Notes: generated from the sequence alone by a model not told the origin. Shown: positions 1 to 10,729, counted from the first letter of the stretch. The stretch is 64,000 bases of DNA from Xanthobacteraceae bacterium (GCA_049677525.1 JBAUCK010000290.1:1023-65022); one strand, 5' to 3'. Numbers and translations: made by a program.

Positions 1-407
1 ACCAGCGCGTCGAGCACGCGATCCTCGGCGGCTTTCTCGGCGCGCGTCTTGACGTCCTTGCGTTTTTTGTCACGCGTCAAGGTGATGGAGACTTCGACCA
101 GGTCGCGCACGATCTGCTCGACATCGCGACCGACATAGCCGACCTCGGTGAATTTGGTCGCCTCGACTTTGAGAAACGGCGCGCCGGCAAGCTTGGCGAG
201 ACGGCGTGAAATCTCGGTTTTGCCGACGCCGGTCGGCCCGATCATCAAAATGTTCTTTGGCAGCACTTCTTCGCGAAGCCGGTCGTCGAGTTGCAGGCGG
301 CGCCAGCGATTGCGTAGCGCAATCGCGACCGCGCGCTTAGCGTCGGCCTGGCCGACGATGAAGCGATCCAATTCGGAAACGATCTCGCGGGGGGAAAAGT
401 CGGTCAT
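1..407 (-). CDS. hslU: ATP-dependent protease ATPase subunit HslU (5' part only; gene continues beyond window start)
   Basis: Reverse translation from the ATG at 405-407 gives [37 protein letters not shown]...[43 protein letters not shown], with a Walker A motif. It overlaps the upstream GNAT stop in an ATGA arrangement. Confidence 0.9.
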   Translation of the reverse strand, partial: MTDFSPREIVSELDRFIVGQADAKRAVAIALRNRWRRLQLDDRLREEVLPKNILMIGPTGVGKTEISRRLAKLAGAPFLKVEATKFTEVGYVGRDVEQIVRDLVEVSITLTRDKKRKDVKTRAEKAAEDRVLDAL

Positions 408-913
408 GCGTCGTGTACCATCAAGAGGGCGCGGCCATCGGGTGTGTCAACCAGGCGAACTTTCTCAAAGCCCGCTTTTTCATAAGCACGCACCGCGCGC
501 GCATTGGCAGGATCGGGGTCGGTGACCACACGCGGCGTGCCGGATTGGACCAAGCGTTCGATAAAGTTCCGGGTCAGCGTCGAGCCATGACCACAACCGA
601 TCAGGTCGGATTTGCCGATGAATTGATCCATGCCCCGCGTGCCGTTGGGCTGCGCACCGAAACCGTTATCGGGCCAAGCGGTGGGATCGTAGCATTGCAA
701 ATAGCAGAATGGCCGCTCGTCGATCGCGACAATGAACTGCTGCATTGCCAGATGTTCAAGGTCGTCGCGAACCAAAGCAAATTGCTCGTCGGGATTGCCC
801 CACCATTCGGCAACATGCGGCGCTGCGAACCAGTTGCGCACCATCGGCAAGTCTGCCGCAAGCATGAGACGAAACGCGTATGCGGGCGGCGCTGCACCTG
901 GCCTCATGGTCAC
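404..913 (-). CDS. GNAT family N-acetyltransferase (aminoglycoside acetyltransferase-like), located between hslV and hslU
   Basis: 169-aa ORF. The acetyl-CoA binding region is [16 protein letters not shown]...[13 protein letters not shown]. It is translationally coupled to the genes on both sides. Confidence 0.75.
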   Translation of the reverse strand: MTMRPGAAPPAYAFRLMLAADLPMVRNWFAAPHVAEWWGNPDEQFALVRDDLEHLAMQQFIVAIDERPFCYLQCYDPTAWPDNGFGAQPNGTRGMDQFIGKSDLIGCGHGSTLTRNFIERLVQSGTPRVVTDPDPANARAVRAYEKAGFEKVRLVDTPDGRALLMVHDA

Positions 914-1470
914 GTCTTCAGCGTCTCAATGGTGACATTGCGGTTGGTATAGACGCAGATGTCGGCGGCAATATCGAGCGAACGGCGCACGATGGCCTCG
1001 GCGTCGAGCGGCCCATCGCTAAGTGCGCGGGCGGCGGCGAGCGCATAATTGCCGCCGGAACCAATGCCGACAATGCCGGCCTCGGGCTCAAGCACATCGC
1101 CAGTTCCGGTCAGCACCAGTGACACATCCTTGTCGGCGACGATCATCATGGCTTCGAGCCGGCGCAGATAGCGGTCGGTGCGCCAATCCTTGGCAAGCTC
1201 CACGGCCGCGCGCGTCAGTTGGCCGGGATATTGCTCGAGTTTGGATTCAAGCCGCTCGAACAAGGTGAAAGCGTCGGCGGTGGCGCCGGCGAAGCCGCCG
1301 ATCACGTCGCCCTTGCCGAGCCTCCGCACCTTCTTGGCATTGGCCTTGACGATGGTCTGGCCGATCGAGACCTGTCCGTCGCCGCCGACCGCCACCACGC
1401 CGCCTTTGCGGACGGTGAGGATCGTCGTGCCGTGCCAGAGGCCGGATTGGCCGGGTTCATTGGACATCAT
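910..1470 (-). CDS. hslV: ATP-dependent protease subunit HslV
   Basis: 186 aa. [40 protein letters not shown] is a typical HslV N-terminus with the Thr nucleophile. Confidence 0.95.
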   Translation of the reverse strand: MMSNEPGQSGLWHGTTILTVRKGGVVAVGGDGQVSIGQTIVKANAKKVRRLGKGDVIGGFAGATADAFTLFERLESKLEQYPGQLTRAAVELAKDWRTDRYLRRLEAMMIVADKDVSLVLTGTGDVLEPEAGIVGIGSGGNYALAAARALSDGPLDAEAIVRRSLDIAADICVYTNRNVTIETLKT

Positions 1471-1623
1471 AGTGGGTGTTTCGGGCTGAAAAACCTGCGG
1501 TTAAACCATGATTTAGGAGTTAGCCACCGGCATTGCAAATCGGTGCGGTAAAGGTTGGCGGGGCGGATAAAGCCCTGATAAAAGGCGCGGAATACAGCCT
1601 TGTTGGGCTTTGGAGATCCCACG

Positions 1624-2217
1624 ATGCGCAAAGCATCCGTGAAACGCACGACCAAGGAAACCGACGTCGAGGTCGCAGTCGACCTCGACGGCACCGGCGC
1701 GTCGTCGATCGCGACCGGAATGGGCTTTCTCGACCATATGCTTGATCTGCTGGCGCGGCATTCGCGGATCGATCTCACCATCAAGGCCAAGGGCGATCTG
1801 CATATCGATCAGCACCACACCACCGAGGACGTCGGTATCGCGCTCGGCCAGGCGGTGAAACAGGCGCTCGGCGATATGAAGGGCATCACGCGCTATGCGA
1901 GCGTCCATGTGCCGATGGACGAGACGTTGACCCGCGTCGCGCTCGACATTTCCGGGCGGCCGTTTCTAGTCTTCAAGGTCGAGTTCGGCCGCGCCAAGAT
2001 CGGGCCGTTCGATACCGAACTGGTACAGGAATGGTTCCAGGCCTTCGCCATGAATGCCGCGATGACATTGCACGTCGCCACGCTCTATGGCGGCAACGAT
2101 CATCACATCGCCGAATCCTGCTTCAAAGGCCTGGCGCGGGCGTTGCGGACGGCTGTCGCCATCGACCTGCGGGCGGCCAACGAGGTGCCCTCGACGAAGG
2201 GCACGCTCAGTAACTAA
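1624..2217 (+). CDS. hisB: imidazoleglycerol-phosphate dehydratase
   Basis: [25 protein letters not shown]...[12 protein letters not shown]...[10 protein letters not shown]. The ATG at 1624 is preferred over the track start at 1600. Confidence 0.93.
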   Translation: MRKASVKRTTKETDVEVAVDLDGTGASSIATGMGFLDHMLDLLARHSRIDLTIKAKGDLHIDQHHTTEDVGIALGQAVKQALGDMKGITRYASVHVPMDETLTRVALDISGRPFLVFKVEFGRAKIGPFDTELVQEWFQAFAMNAAMTLHVATLYGGNDHHIAESCFKGLARALRTAVAIDLRAANEVPSTKGTLSN

Positions 2218-2285
2218 ATAGCGATCAGGATCTGAGGCTACTGCGCCTCGGTTCCGCAAGACACAGCGCAACACCGAGCCTGCTT

Positions 2286-2843
2286 ATGCCTGTTTACACC
2301 GTTCACGAGCCGCCGGCGCGGACGCCCGGAGCATTGGCTGATCCGGCGCGTTTCATCTTCGTGCGCGACGGCTTTTACTGGTGGGCGTTTCTGCTGACGC
2401 CGCTGTGGATGCTGTGGCGCCGGCTGTGGCTCGTTCTGGCGGTCTATCTGGTGATCTCGATCGGCGTCGAAACGGCGATGCGTGTTTACGGTGCGTCCGG
2501 CGCATTGATCTCCGCGGTCGCCGTCCTGCTCTCGCTTTTGGCTGGCCTCGAAGCAAGTTCGTTGCAGCGCTTTACCTTGAAGCGGCGGGGCTGGAAGAAT
2601 GTCGGCGTCGTTTTCGGCAGCGATCTTGAAGACGCCGAACATCGATTCTTCGCCGCCTGGGTGCGCAATGTGCCGTCGCAGCCTGCGTTTCCGCCCGCTG
2701 GGCCGTCTTCGCCAACGCCGCCCCCGACACTTCCGACAACATCAATGGCCGCGTATCTGGCCCTTCCGAAAACACCGCCGCAGCAGACGCCCTACGCTTC
2801 CGGCGTGATCGGCCTGTTTCCCGAGCCCGGAGCACAGCGGTGA
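2286..2843 (+). CDS. DUF2628-like membrane protein embedded in the his operon
   Basis: 185 aa. [34 protein letters not shown] is followed by two further TM helices and a Pro-rich tail. It overlaps the hisH start by 4 nt. Confidence 0.7.
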   Translation: MPVYTVHEPPARTPGALADPARFIFVRDGFYWWAFLLTPLWMLWRRLWLVLAVYLVISIGVETAMRVYGASGALISAVAVLLSLLAGLEASSLQRFTLKRRGWKNVGVVFGSDLEDAEHRFFAAWVRNVPSQPAFPPAGPSSPTPPPTLPTTSMAAYLALPKTPPQQTPYASGVIGLFPEPGAQR

Positions 2844-3490
2844 CTGTGGCCATTGTCGATTACAGCTCTGGCAATCTGCATTCGGCCGCCAAAGCGTTCG
2901 AGCGTGCGGCGCATGAGGCGGGCCTCGATCAGCCGATCATGGTGACGCAGGATCCTGCCGTGGTGGCGCGCGCCGATCGCGTCGTACTGCCCGGCGTCGG
3001 CGCCTTTGCCGATTGCCGACGCGGCCTCGATGCCGTGCCGGGAATGGTCGAGGCCCTGGAAGAGGCTGTGCGGCAGCGCGGCCGGCCGTTCTTCGGCATC
3101 TGCGTCGGCATGCAACTCATGGCCGAGCGCGGCCTTGAATACGAGGTGAAAGAGGGTCTCGGTTGGATCGCAGGCGAGGTCGATCGCATCGCGCCCAAAG
3201 ACGCGGACTTGAAGATTCCGCATATGGGTTGGAATACGTTGAACGTAACGCGGCCGCACCCGCTGCTTGCAGGTCTTGAGCTTGGGCCAAACGGCCGTCA
3301 CGCCTATTTCGTGCACTCCTATCAGTTCAAGCCGCGAAACGGCGCCGATCTCATCGCGGAAGCCGATTATGGTGGCGCCGTCACCGCCGTCGTCGGGCGT
3401 GACAATATCGTCGGCACGCAATTTCACCCCGAGAAGAGCCAAAAACTCGGGCTTGAGCTGATCGCGAATTTCCTGAAGTGGATGCCGTGA
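2840..3490 (+). CDS. hisH: imidazole glycerol phosphate synthase, glutamine amidotransferase subunit
   Basis: 216 aa with [28 protein letters not shown] (catalytic Cys) and QFHPEKS. Confidence 0.95.
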   Translation: MTVAIVDYSSGNLHSAAKAFERAAHEAGLDQPIMVTQDPAVVARADRVVLPGVGAFADCRRGLDAVPGMVEALEEAVRQRGRPFFGICVGMQLMAERGLEYEVKEGLGWIAGEVDRIAPKDADLKIPHMGWNTLNVTRPHPLLAGLELGPNGRHAYFVHSYQFKPRNGADLIAEADYGGAVTAVVGRDNIVGTQFHPEKSQKLGLELIANFLKWMP

Positions 3491-4236
3491 TTCTGTTTCC
3501 GGCCATCGATCTGAAAGACGGCCTCGCCGTGCGCCTGCAACAAGGCGACATGGCGCGCGCGACCGTGTTCAACGACGATCCGGCGGCGCAAGCCAAGATT
3601 TTCGTGGAGCAGGGCTTTGAATATCTCCACATCGTCGATCTCGACGGCGCGTTTGCCGGCAAGCCGGTGAATGCCGGCGCGGTCGAGCGCATCCTCGGCG
3701 CTGTCAAAATTCCGCTGCAGCTTGGCGGCGGCATCCGCGATCGGGCGACGATCGAAGCCTGGCTCGGCAAGGGCATCAAACGCGTGATCATCGGCACTGC
3801 GGCGGTGCGCAATCCGGCATTGGTGAAGGAGGCGGCGCGCGCTTATGCCGGCCGGATCGCCGTTGGGCTCGATGCGCGCGACGGCAAAGTGGCGGTGGAG
3901 GGCTGGGCCGAGACATCGACGCTTTCGGCGCTCGATATCGCGCAGCGCTTCGAAGATGCCGGCGTCGCTGCCATCATCTATACCGATGTCGCGCGCGACG
4001 GCATGCTCAAGGGGCTCAACCTCGACTCGACCATAGCGCTTGCTGAAAAGATTTCGATTCCGGTGATTGCTTCCGGCGGGCTTGCGTCAATCGCCGATGT
4101 GCGCGCGCTGCTCGAGCCGCGCGCCAGAAAACTCGAAGGCGCCATTGCCGGCCGCGCACTTTATGACGGCCGGCTCGATGCCGCCGAGGCGATTGCTCTT
4201 CTCAACGGCGCCAAGCAACAGGCGAGCGCTTCATGA
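3478..4236 (+). CDS. hisA: 1-(5-phosphoribosyl)-5-[(5-phosphoribosylamino)methylideneamino]imidazole-4-carboxamide isomerase
   Basis: 252 aa. [20 protein letters not shown]...[11 protein letters not shown]...[11 protein letters not shown]. Confidence 0.93.
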   Translation: MDAVILFPAIDLKDGLAVRLQQGDMARATVFNDDPAAQAKIFVEQGFEYLHIVDLDGAFAGKPVNAGAVERILGAVKIPLQLGGGIRDRATIEAWLGKGIKRVIIGTAAVRNPALVKEAARAYAGRIAVGLDARDGKVAVEGWAETSTLSALDIAQRFEDAGVAAIIYTDVARDGMLKGLNLDSTIALAEKISIPVIASGGLASIADVRALLEPRARKLEGAIAGRALYDGRLDAAEAIALLNGAKQQASAS

Positions 4237-4565
4237 CCGCGCCGGCGAGCCCTGAAAAGCAGGCTAAGAAGAGCGGCGCCGTTGTTTGGCTGAGCGTGAC
4301 CTTCATTCTGATCCTGCTCATTGCAACGGCGGCTCTGATCGTGAGCTTTGCCGCCGGCGGCATTGCCAGCGCCTCGGGTTGCGAGGTCAGTATGGAAGTC
4401 AGTTCGCCCTGCATGGTTATGGGCAGCGAGGTCAGTCACGGCCTCCTGGGGTATTTCGCCTTCTACTCTCCCCCGTTCGGCGCCTTTTTGCTTGCGATTT
4501 GGGGGATCATTGCCTGCATCGTCGCATTGGTCCGGTGGCTGCGCCGCCGTCACGCCACCGTTTAG
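4233..4565 (+). CDS. small hypothetical membrane protein (3 predicted TM) between hisA and hisF
   Basis: 110-aa ORF. Its start overlaps the hisA stop (ATGA), and it has hydrophobic stretches [28 protein letters not shown] and [19 protein letters not shown]. No family was recognised. Confidence 0.5.
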   Translation: MTAPASPEKQAKKSGAVVWLSVTFILILLIATAALIVSFAAGGIASASGCEVSMEVSSPCMVMGSEVSHGLLGYFAFYSPPFGAFLLAIWGIIACIVALVRWLRRRHATV

Positions 4566-4573
4566 GACCGCGC

Positions 4574-5350
4574 ATGTTCAAAGTTCGCGTCATTCCTTGC
4601 CTAGACGTCAAAGACGGCCGCGTCGTCAAAGGCGTGAATTTCGTCAATCTGCGCAATGCCGGCGATCCAGTTGCCGCCGCCATCGCTTATGACGGCGCCG
4701 GCGCCGACGAGCTCACCTTTCTCGACATCACCGCGAGCCATGAGAACCGCGGCATCATGCTCGACGTGGTCCGGCGCACGGCGGAGGCTTGTTTCATGCC
4801 GCTCACCGTCGGCGGCGGCGTGCGCACCATCGAAGACATTCGCGTGTTGCTGGCGTCGGGCGCCGACAAGGTTTCGATCAATACGGCAGCGGTGACGCGG
4901 CGCGAATTCGTCAAGGAAGCCGCGGAAAAATTCGGCGATCAATGTGTCGTGGTTGCGATCGACGCGAAGAGCGTGGCCAAGTCCGGCGAGTCGCCGCGCT
5001 GGGAAATTTTTACGCATGGCGGTCGTAATTCGACCGGGATCGATGCGATCGATTACGCGCGTGAAGTGGTCGAACTCGGCGCCGGCGAAATTCTGCTGAC
5101 CTCGATGGATCGCGACGGCACCCGGCAGGGTTTTGACATCGCGCTGACGCGTGCCGTCTCGGACGCAGTTTCAGTGCCGGTCATCGCCTCGGGCGGCGTC
5201 GGCAATCTCGACCATTTTGTCGCGGGCGTCCGCGAGGGCCATGCCAGCGCGGTGCTTGCGGCCTCGATCTTTCATTTCGGCCAACACTCGGTGCGCGAAG
5301 CAAAAAATTACATGGCGCATGCCGGCTTGCCGATGCGGCTTGATCCCTAG
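4574..5350 (+). CDS. hisF: imidazole glycerol phosphate synthase, cyclase subunit
   Basis: [23 protein letters not shown]...VIASGGVG. The ATG is at codon 97 of track ORF 4286..5350, and the upstream part of that ORF is an artefact. Confidence 0.95.
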   Translation: MFKVRVIPCLDVKDGRVVKGVNFVNLRNAGDPVAAAIAYDGAGADELTFLDITASHENRGIMLDVVRRTAEACFMPLTVGGGVRTIEDIRVLLASGADKVSINTAAVTRREFVKEAAEKFGDQCVVVAIDAKSVAKSGESPRWEIFTHGGRNSTGIDAIDYAREVVELGAGEILLTSMDRDGTRQGFDIALTRAVSDAVSVPVIASGGVGNLDHFVAGVREGHASAVLAASIFHFGQHSVREAKNYMAHAGLPMRLDP

Positions 5351-5398
5351 CGCATGATCCCGAAAAGTGGTAACCGGTTTTCGAAAAAGATCGTGCGC
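5350..5398. repeat. palindromic intergenic repeat, copy 1
   Basis: GCGCATGATCCCGAAAAGTGGTAACCGGTTTTCGAAAAAGATCGTGCGC. It lies between the convergent hisF stop and the isomerase stop. Confidence 0.85.
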
Positions 5399-5400
5399 AA

Positions 5401-6009
5401 TTAAGGTCTTTCTTTTTTTGCCCAAGCGAGCGCGCGCTCGAGCCGATCATTACCCCAAAACAATTCGCCGTCGGCGGTGATGAATGTCGGCGCGCCAAAA
5501 ATGCCGCGCCGTTCGGCCTCCTCGGTTTGGTTTCGCAAACGCATTTTGTTGTGGTCGCTTTGCGCTGCGGCCAGGACGGGCTCCGGGGCAATTTCCAGCC
5601 GCAGGAGGATTTTTGTAATCGCCGCCGCATCGTCGATACGCCATCCCTCGCCGAATTGGCTGCGGAACACTTCGAGGCAAAATTCTTCACCCCAAGGCTC
5701 GTTCAGCGCGACCAGTGCAACGCGCGCCGCAAGCAGGCTGTTCTGTGGAAATGGATCAGGCCGTAGAAACGGCAGCGTCAGGTCGGCGCAGATCCGTTCG
5801 AGGTCGCGCCACATATAGCCGCCTTTCGCCGGAAAGAGATTGAACGGCGAGGTGTCGAAGCCTCGCGTCTTGAAAAGTGGGCCGAGCAGGAAGGCGCGAA
5901 AACTGACCGCGACTTGGGCTTCGTCGGCTAGCGCCCGGATGCGCAAGGCGGCCGGATAAGAATAGGTCGAGGCGAAATCGAACCAAAAATCGACAGTAGG
6001 TAAATTCAT
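5401..6009 (-). CDS. 2-hydroxychromene-2-carboxylate isomerase / DsbA-like thioredoxin-fold protein
   Basis: 202 aa. VDFWFDFASTYSYPA...GAPTFITADGELFWGNDRLE matches the HCCA isomerase family pattern. Confidence 0.8.
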   Translation of the reverse strand: MNLPTVDFWFDFASTYSYPAALRIRALADEAQVAVSFRAFLLGPLFKTRGFDTSPFNLFPAKGGYMWRDLERICADLTLPFLRPDPFPQNSLLAARVALVALNEPWGEEFCLEVFRSQFGEGWRIDDAAAITKILLRLEIAPEPVLAAAQSDHNKMRLRNQTEEAERRGIFGAPTFITADGELFWGNDRLERALAWAKKERP

Positions 6010-6088
6010 GAAATGCGATCCTAAATAGGAAGCGAGCCCGGCGAATCGCGCTCTCCCCGGCTGCCTTGAGAGATGCTAAGGAAGGCCA

Positions 6089-6412
6089 ATGAGCAATTTT
6101 ACCCTCCACGACCTGGAGAAAAGGGTCGAGATGCGCGCACAAGAGAGCGCGGACGTGTCCTATACCAGGAAGCTCCTCGACCGCGGGGTGGCGCAATGCG
6201 CCAAGAAGCTCGGCGAGGAAGCCGTCGAGGCGGCAATTGCCGCCATCAGCGAAGAGCGCGAGCGCGTGATCGGGGAAGCTGCCGATGTGCTTTATCACCT
6301 CATCGTCTTACTCCATGCCCGCGGCATCACGCTCGACGAGGTCGAGGCCGAGCTCGGCGCGCGCACGCGCCAGTCGGGCCTCGACGAAAAAGCGGCGCGC
6401 AAAAGCGGCTGA
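6089..6412 (+). CDS. hisE: phosphoribosyl-ATP pyrophosphatase
   Basis: 107 aa. SYTRKLLDRGVAQCAKKLGEEAVEAAIA...EAADVLYHLIVLL. Confidence 0.9.
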   Translation: MSNFTLHDLEKRVEMRAQESADVSYTRKLLDRGVAQCAKKLGEEAVEAAIAAISEERERVIGEAADVLYHLIVLLHARGITLDEVEAELGARTRQSGLDEKAARKSG

Positions 6413-6437
6413 GCGGCGGGAGCAGAGCTGAAGAGCT

Positions 6438-7391
6438 ATGGAGCAGCGCACCCAACAGGACGTTTCGCCCTATCGCGTGTTCTCGCGCGCGGAATGGGCG
6501 ACGTTGCGCCAAGACACGCCGATGACGCTCAAGCCGGCGGAGGTCACCCGGCTGCGCTCGATGCACGAGCGCCTCGATATGTCGGAGATCAAGGAAATTT
6601 ATTTACCGCTGTCGCGGCTGCTCTCGCTCTATGTCGCGGGGACGCAACGGCTGTTCCGCGCGCAACAGGGCTTCCTCGGCACCGAAGACGCCAAGATGCC
6701 TTATATCATCGGCGTCGGCGGCTCGGTTGCGGTCGGCAAATCGACCACCGCGCGCGTGCTGGAGGCACTCCTCGGCCGCTGGCCGAACGTGCCCAAGGTC
6801 GGTCTCATCACCACCGATGGCTTTCTATATCCGAACGCAGTGCTCGAGCGCGAAGGCTTGATGGAAAAAAAGGGCTTTCTGGAAAGCTACGATCTACCGT
6901 CGCTGTTACGCTTTCTTTCCGACATCAAAGCCGGCCTGCATCCGGTGCGGGCGCCGGTCTATTCACACCTGATCTACGATGTCATCCCCAATCAGTGGAT
7001 TGAGATCGAGCGGCCCGAAATTCTGATCGTCGAAGGTCTCAATGTGCTCCAGACCGGCCGCTTGCCGCGCGACGGCAAGGCGGTGCCGTTTGTTTCGGAC
7101 TTTTTCGACTTCTCGATCTATCTCGATGCTGACGAGCATGTACTGCTGCACTGGTATGTCAATCGGTTCCTGACCTTGCGCAGCACGGCGTTCGCCGATC
7201 CGAAATCCTACTTTCATCGCTATGCCCGGCTATCGGACGAAGAGGCCACTGAAACGGCGACATCTATTTGGAATCGCATTAATCTGGTCAATCTGCGCGA
7301 AAATATTTTGCCGACGCGCCAGCGCGCCGATCTGATTCTGAAAAAGAGCGAAAATCACCAGATCGAAGAAGTCGCGCTGCGAAGGTTGTGA
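6438..7391 (+). CDS. coaA: type I pantothenate kinase
   Basis: 317 aa with P-loop [19 protein letters not shown] and [11 protein letters not shown]. Confidence 0.93.
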   Translation: MEQRTQQDVSPYRVFSRAEWATLRQDTPMTLKPAEVTRLRSMHERLDMSEIKEIYLPLSRLLSLYVAGTQRLFRAQQGFLGTEDAKMPYIIGVGGSVAVGKSTTARVLEALLGRWPNVPKVGLITTDGFLYPNAVLEREGLMEKKGFLESYDLPSLLRFLSDIKAGLHPVRAPVYSHLIYDVIPNQWIEIERPEILIVEGLNVLQTGRLPRDGKAVPFVSDFFDFSIYLDADEHVLLHWYVNRFLTLRSTAFADPKSYFHRYARLSDEEATETATSIWNRINLVNLRENILPTRQRADLILKKSENHQIEEVALRRL

Positions 7392-7394
7392 CCC

Positions 7395-8468
7395 TTACGC
7401 GGCGAAAACGGGCTCGCCCGATGCGGCGAGGTGCTCGCGATCGAGCGGCTTGACGACAAAGCCGTCCATGCCGGCGGCACGGCAAGCCTGCCGATCCTCG
7501 GCGGACTCGTTTGCCGTGAGCGCAATGATCGGCGTGCGCACGATTTCGTTGTCGGCTTCGATGGCGCGAATGCAACGCGCGGCTTCCAGCCCATCCATAC
7601 CCGGCATGTGCAGATCCATCAGCACACGATCGAACGGCGCGCCGGCGTCGCGCGCGGACTGCCAGCAGGCGATCGCCGCGCCGCCGCTCTCCACTACCAC
7701 CGGACGATGGCCGAGCTTTTCCAATGGCGCGCGTGCCAAGAGCGCGTTGATCTCATTGTCCTCGGCCACCAGGATGGAGAGGCCGCCGCTATCGGGCGCG
7801 ATGCTCGGCGTTTCGATGGAGTCAGAGAACGGCTCAGCGAACGGTTCGGAGGCCTGGCCATGATCGAAAGCGTCTTCGTCGGCGAAACGCGCGGCAAGCG
7901 AGGCGGCGCGGACCGGCTTGATCAGATAGCCGGTGAAACCCGCGTTTTTGAGCGCGGCTAGCTCATGCCGCATGGCCGGTGTGACCAGCACGATCCGGCG
8001 CGCGAAGGTCGCGGACTGGCTCGCCAAGGCAATGCTCGCCTCGGTGCCGAGCGCATGATCGACTAGCACCGTGCTCCAGGCATGTTCCGGCAGCAGCGCC
8101 GCGGACACTTTGTCGTCGGGAACGATGGCCGTGTGCGCGCCCCAGCGCTGCAACCGTCGCGCCAGCAAGGACGCTTCGACGACTAAGGGCGCGACGATGA
8201 GGACATCGTGACTTGAAAGATCAGGCGCCGCGAAGGACGGCTCATTGCTCTCGCCATCGCGTGGCAACGGAACGGTGACACGGAAGGTCGAGCCCTTGCC
8301 CGGCGTGCTCTCGATCGAAATCGCGCCGGACATGCGCTCGACAATGCGCTTCGAAATGGTGAGGCCGAGGCCAATACCGTCAAATCGTCGCGTCGATCCG
8401 ACGTCAGCCTGCTCGAATTCCTGAAAAATGCGAGCCTGATCCTCGGACGCGATGCCGATGCCGGGGCA
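7395..8468 (-). pseudogene. 5'-truncated hybrid sensor histidine kinase / response regulator remnant
   Basis: The frame is open only from 8468, with a TAG at 8469-8471. It reads CPGIGIASEDQARIFQEFEQADVGSTRRFDGIGLGLTISKRIVERMSGAISIESTPGKGSTF, which is only the G1-F-G2 part of the HATPase domain. A pseudo-receiver and a full receiver (ILVAEDNEINA...DLHMPGMDG...VVKP) follow. The sensor, HisKA/H-box and N-box are absent. Confidence 0.75.
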
Positions 8469-8653
8469 CTACGGTCCGGACGCGGTTTATTGATGCGGTA
8501 TGAGGTGCCATTTTGGCCCACGAGTCTTGCGCATTACTTGCGATCAGCGGGACCCCAACCCGCACACTTGGGGGACGGTTGATGCTTTATTAACGTCGGA
8601 TTGGCTGATCTAATTTGGTTTCGTTCGACGCAACGGCTGCCGGAGAAGTCAAA

Positions 8654-9328
8654 ATGGACAAAGCGGTGAGTTCCAAGGGTGCGCGGCCCAAGAGTGCGCG
8701 TGCGCGGCTCAAGGCTGCCGAACCGGCGAAAGTCAGCCGTCCTTCGCGCCAGCAGGCGGAGGCCGCCGTCCGCACGCTCATCCAGTGGGCCGGCGACGAT
8801 CCCGACCGCGAAGGCCTGCGCGCCACGCCTGCGCGCGTGGTGCGTGCCTATGAGGAATGGTTTTCCGGCTACAACGACGATCCGCGCGAATATCTCAAAC
8901 GCACTTTCGAGGAGACCGGCGGTTACGACGAAGTCGTGGTGCTCCGCGACATCCGCTTCGAGTCGCATTGCGAGCATCACCTCGCTCCGGTGATCGGCCG
9001 CGTGCATATCGGCTATCTGCCGCGCAACCGTGTCGTCGGCATTTCAAAGCTGGCGCGGCTGGTCGAGGTCTATGCCCGCCGCTTGCAGATCCAGGAAAAG
9101 ATGACGGCTGAGATCGCATCCTGTCTCGATGCTGTGCTCAAGCCCCATGGCGTCGCCGTGGTCACCGAAGGTACGCATCAATGCATGACGACGCGCGGTG
9201 TGCACAAGCCCGGCGTCACCATGGTGACGAGCCGGATGGTGGGGGTGTTCCGCAACAATGCCGAGACGCGTCAGGAGTTTTTGTCCGCGATCGGCATGCG
9301 CGGCGCCATCCACGGCAATGGTGTGTGA
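8654..9328 (+). CDS. folE: GTP cyclohydrolase I
   Basis: [22 protein letters not shown]...QIQEKMT...[11 protein letters not shown]. The ATG at 8654 is preferred. Confidence 0.93.
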   Translation: MDKAVSSKGARPKSARARLKAAEPAKVSRPSRQQAEAAVRTLIQWAGDDPDREGLRATPARVVRAYEEWFSGYNDDPREYLKRTFEETGGYDEVVVLRDIRFESHCEHHLAPVIGRVHIGYLPRNRVVGISKLARLVEVYARRLQIQEKMTAEIASCLDAVLKPHGVAVVTEGTHQCMTTRGVHKPGVTMVTSRMVGVFRNNAETRQEFLSAIGMRGAIHGNGV

Positions 9329-9969
9329 TAGACACCACGCCGCCGACGCCGCTTTCGCGGGTGAGAACTTGACCCCTTCCATACACTTGTCTTCTTTGTG
9401 GAAGGCGATGAAGTTAATCCGTCCGGAAACACCGTATAGCCGAGGCTTTCGAGCCGCACTTGCAACGCGCCCGGATCGGTCTTCAAGGCTTCGACGAGCA
9501 TGATCGGACGATACTTGCCGATGCAAGTCGCCGCGCCTTCGATCACCTCCAGCTCGATGCCCTCGACGTCGATTTTCAGGATATCGAGACGAGGAAAGCT
9601 GAATGAATCGAGATGGACCATCGGCACATTGGCCATTTTGTTTTCCGCATAGTCGATCGATTGACCGATGAATTCCGTTCTGTCGATCTTCTTCAGTTCA
9701 AGACTGCCAACGCTCGCATTGGCCAGATAATTCGGCTGGGGAATTTTCATCGAGCCGGAGCGGTTCGACACCGCGGCATTGATGGCGCGGGCATTGAAGC
9801 AATTGTTGATCGCGATATTGCCGGCGAGCGCATAATAGATGCGCTCCTGCGCTTCGAATGCCACGACGACACCCCAGCCGGTCATGTATTTGGCCCATTC
9901 AACGGTGTGTATCCCGAGACTGGCGCCGCAGTCGATCGCGAGAATTCCATCGCCGTGATATTTGCGCTT
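9271..9969 (-). pseudogene. FkbM-family methyltransferase remnant (5' truncated, 3' frame-shifted)
   Basis: The frame opens just after the TGA at 9970-9972, directly into the SAM motif KYHGDGILAIDCGASLGIHTVEWAKY. There is no ATG/GTG/TTG before M at 9885. The family-like C-terminus INFIAFHKEDK lies in another frame after about 9415. The tail runs antisense into folE. Confidence 0.6.
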
Positions 9970-9997
9970 TCACTCCCTCTAAAATTCGCTTGAAATT

Positions 9998-10585
9998 TCA
10001 GTCTTTTCCGGCGTCGAGCAACTCCCGCCGGGTGGCTTCGAGGATTTCGTTGGACAATTCCTTGTTGTCGTTGGTGCCAACGGCGCGCGCCAGGAGGAGG
10101 GCGCCGACCAGTCCGGCCATGGTGGCGACGCCCTTGCGGCGGCGCTCAGCCTTGGTCTCGCCGGGGGCAGATTTGGCCAGAAGGTCGATCAGCGGCTCGA
10201 GCCCATCAGCAAATGCGTCCTGCACGACGGCGCCGCTGCGCGCCGCATCGGCCCCAAGCGCCGCAAAGACACAGCCCTGTCCCGGCTCGTCGCGATGGCG
10301 TGGCCGGAGATAGCGAGCGAGCAGCGCGGCGTAAGGATCGTTAGAAGACTTTGCCGCGGTTTTTTGCCAATTCTCCGCCGCCTGCGCCGTTACTTTGCGG
10401 CAGGCCTGGGCGACGAGGTCGTCCTTCGAGTTGAAATGGCCGTAAAAGCCGCCATGGGTGAGATTGGCGGCTTTCATGATGTCGGCCACGCCGATGCCGG
10501 AAAGGCCGTTGGCGCGCAGCAGCGCTCCTGCGGCTTCGATAATACGCTGGCGATTTTCGGCGGCTTTCTGCCGGCTCACTCTCAT
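9998..10585 (-). CDS. TetR/AcrR family transcriptional regulator
   Basis: 195 aa with an N-terminal HTH (IIEAAGALLRANGLSGIGVADIMKAANLTHGGFYGHFNSKDDL). It is divergent from the MFS gene. Confidence 0.88.
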   Translation of the reverse strand: MRVSRQKAAENRQRIIEAAGALLRANGLSGIGVADIMKAANLTHGGFYGHFNSKDDLVAQACRKVTAQAAENWQKTAAKSSNDPYAALLARYLRPRHRDEPGQGCVFAALGADAARSGAVVQDAFADGLEPLIDLLAKSAPGETKAERRRKGVATMAGLVGALLLARAVGTNDNKELSNEILEATRRELLDAGKD

Positions 10586-10641
10586 TACGCGCCTCAGCTA
10601 TGCGCTCGCGTCGCCGCGTTTGGTCACGGCCTTGACAAATA

Positions 10642-10689
10642 ATATGACGATCATCATCAATAGGCAAGCTTCGATGATGGTCATCATAT
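10642..10689. promoter_or_regulatory. candidate TetR operator: imperfect inverted repeat in the TetR/MFS divergent intergenic region
   Basis: ATATGACGATCATCATC (10642-10658) and GATGATGGTCATCATAT (10673-10689) match at 15/17 positions as reverse complements, with a 14-nt spacer. TTGACA lies at 10632-10637 and TATAAT at 10687-10692. Confidence 0.45.
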
Positions 10690-10729
10690 AATTAAGCCGG
10701 TCCGAATTCGGCAGATTTGGAAAGACACC

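Noticed and set aside
4286-4573. A long N-terminal extension of the hisF ORF
   Set aside because: The conserved HisF N-terminus [12 protein letters not shown] starts at 4574. The extension overlaps the coupled membrane ORF in another frame.
9481-9500. An isolated GAGCATGATCGG resembling the left arm of the palindromic repeat
   Set aside because: It lies inside the FkbM remnant coding frame, and no matching right arm follows. It is a chance partial match.
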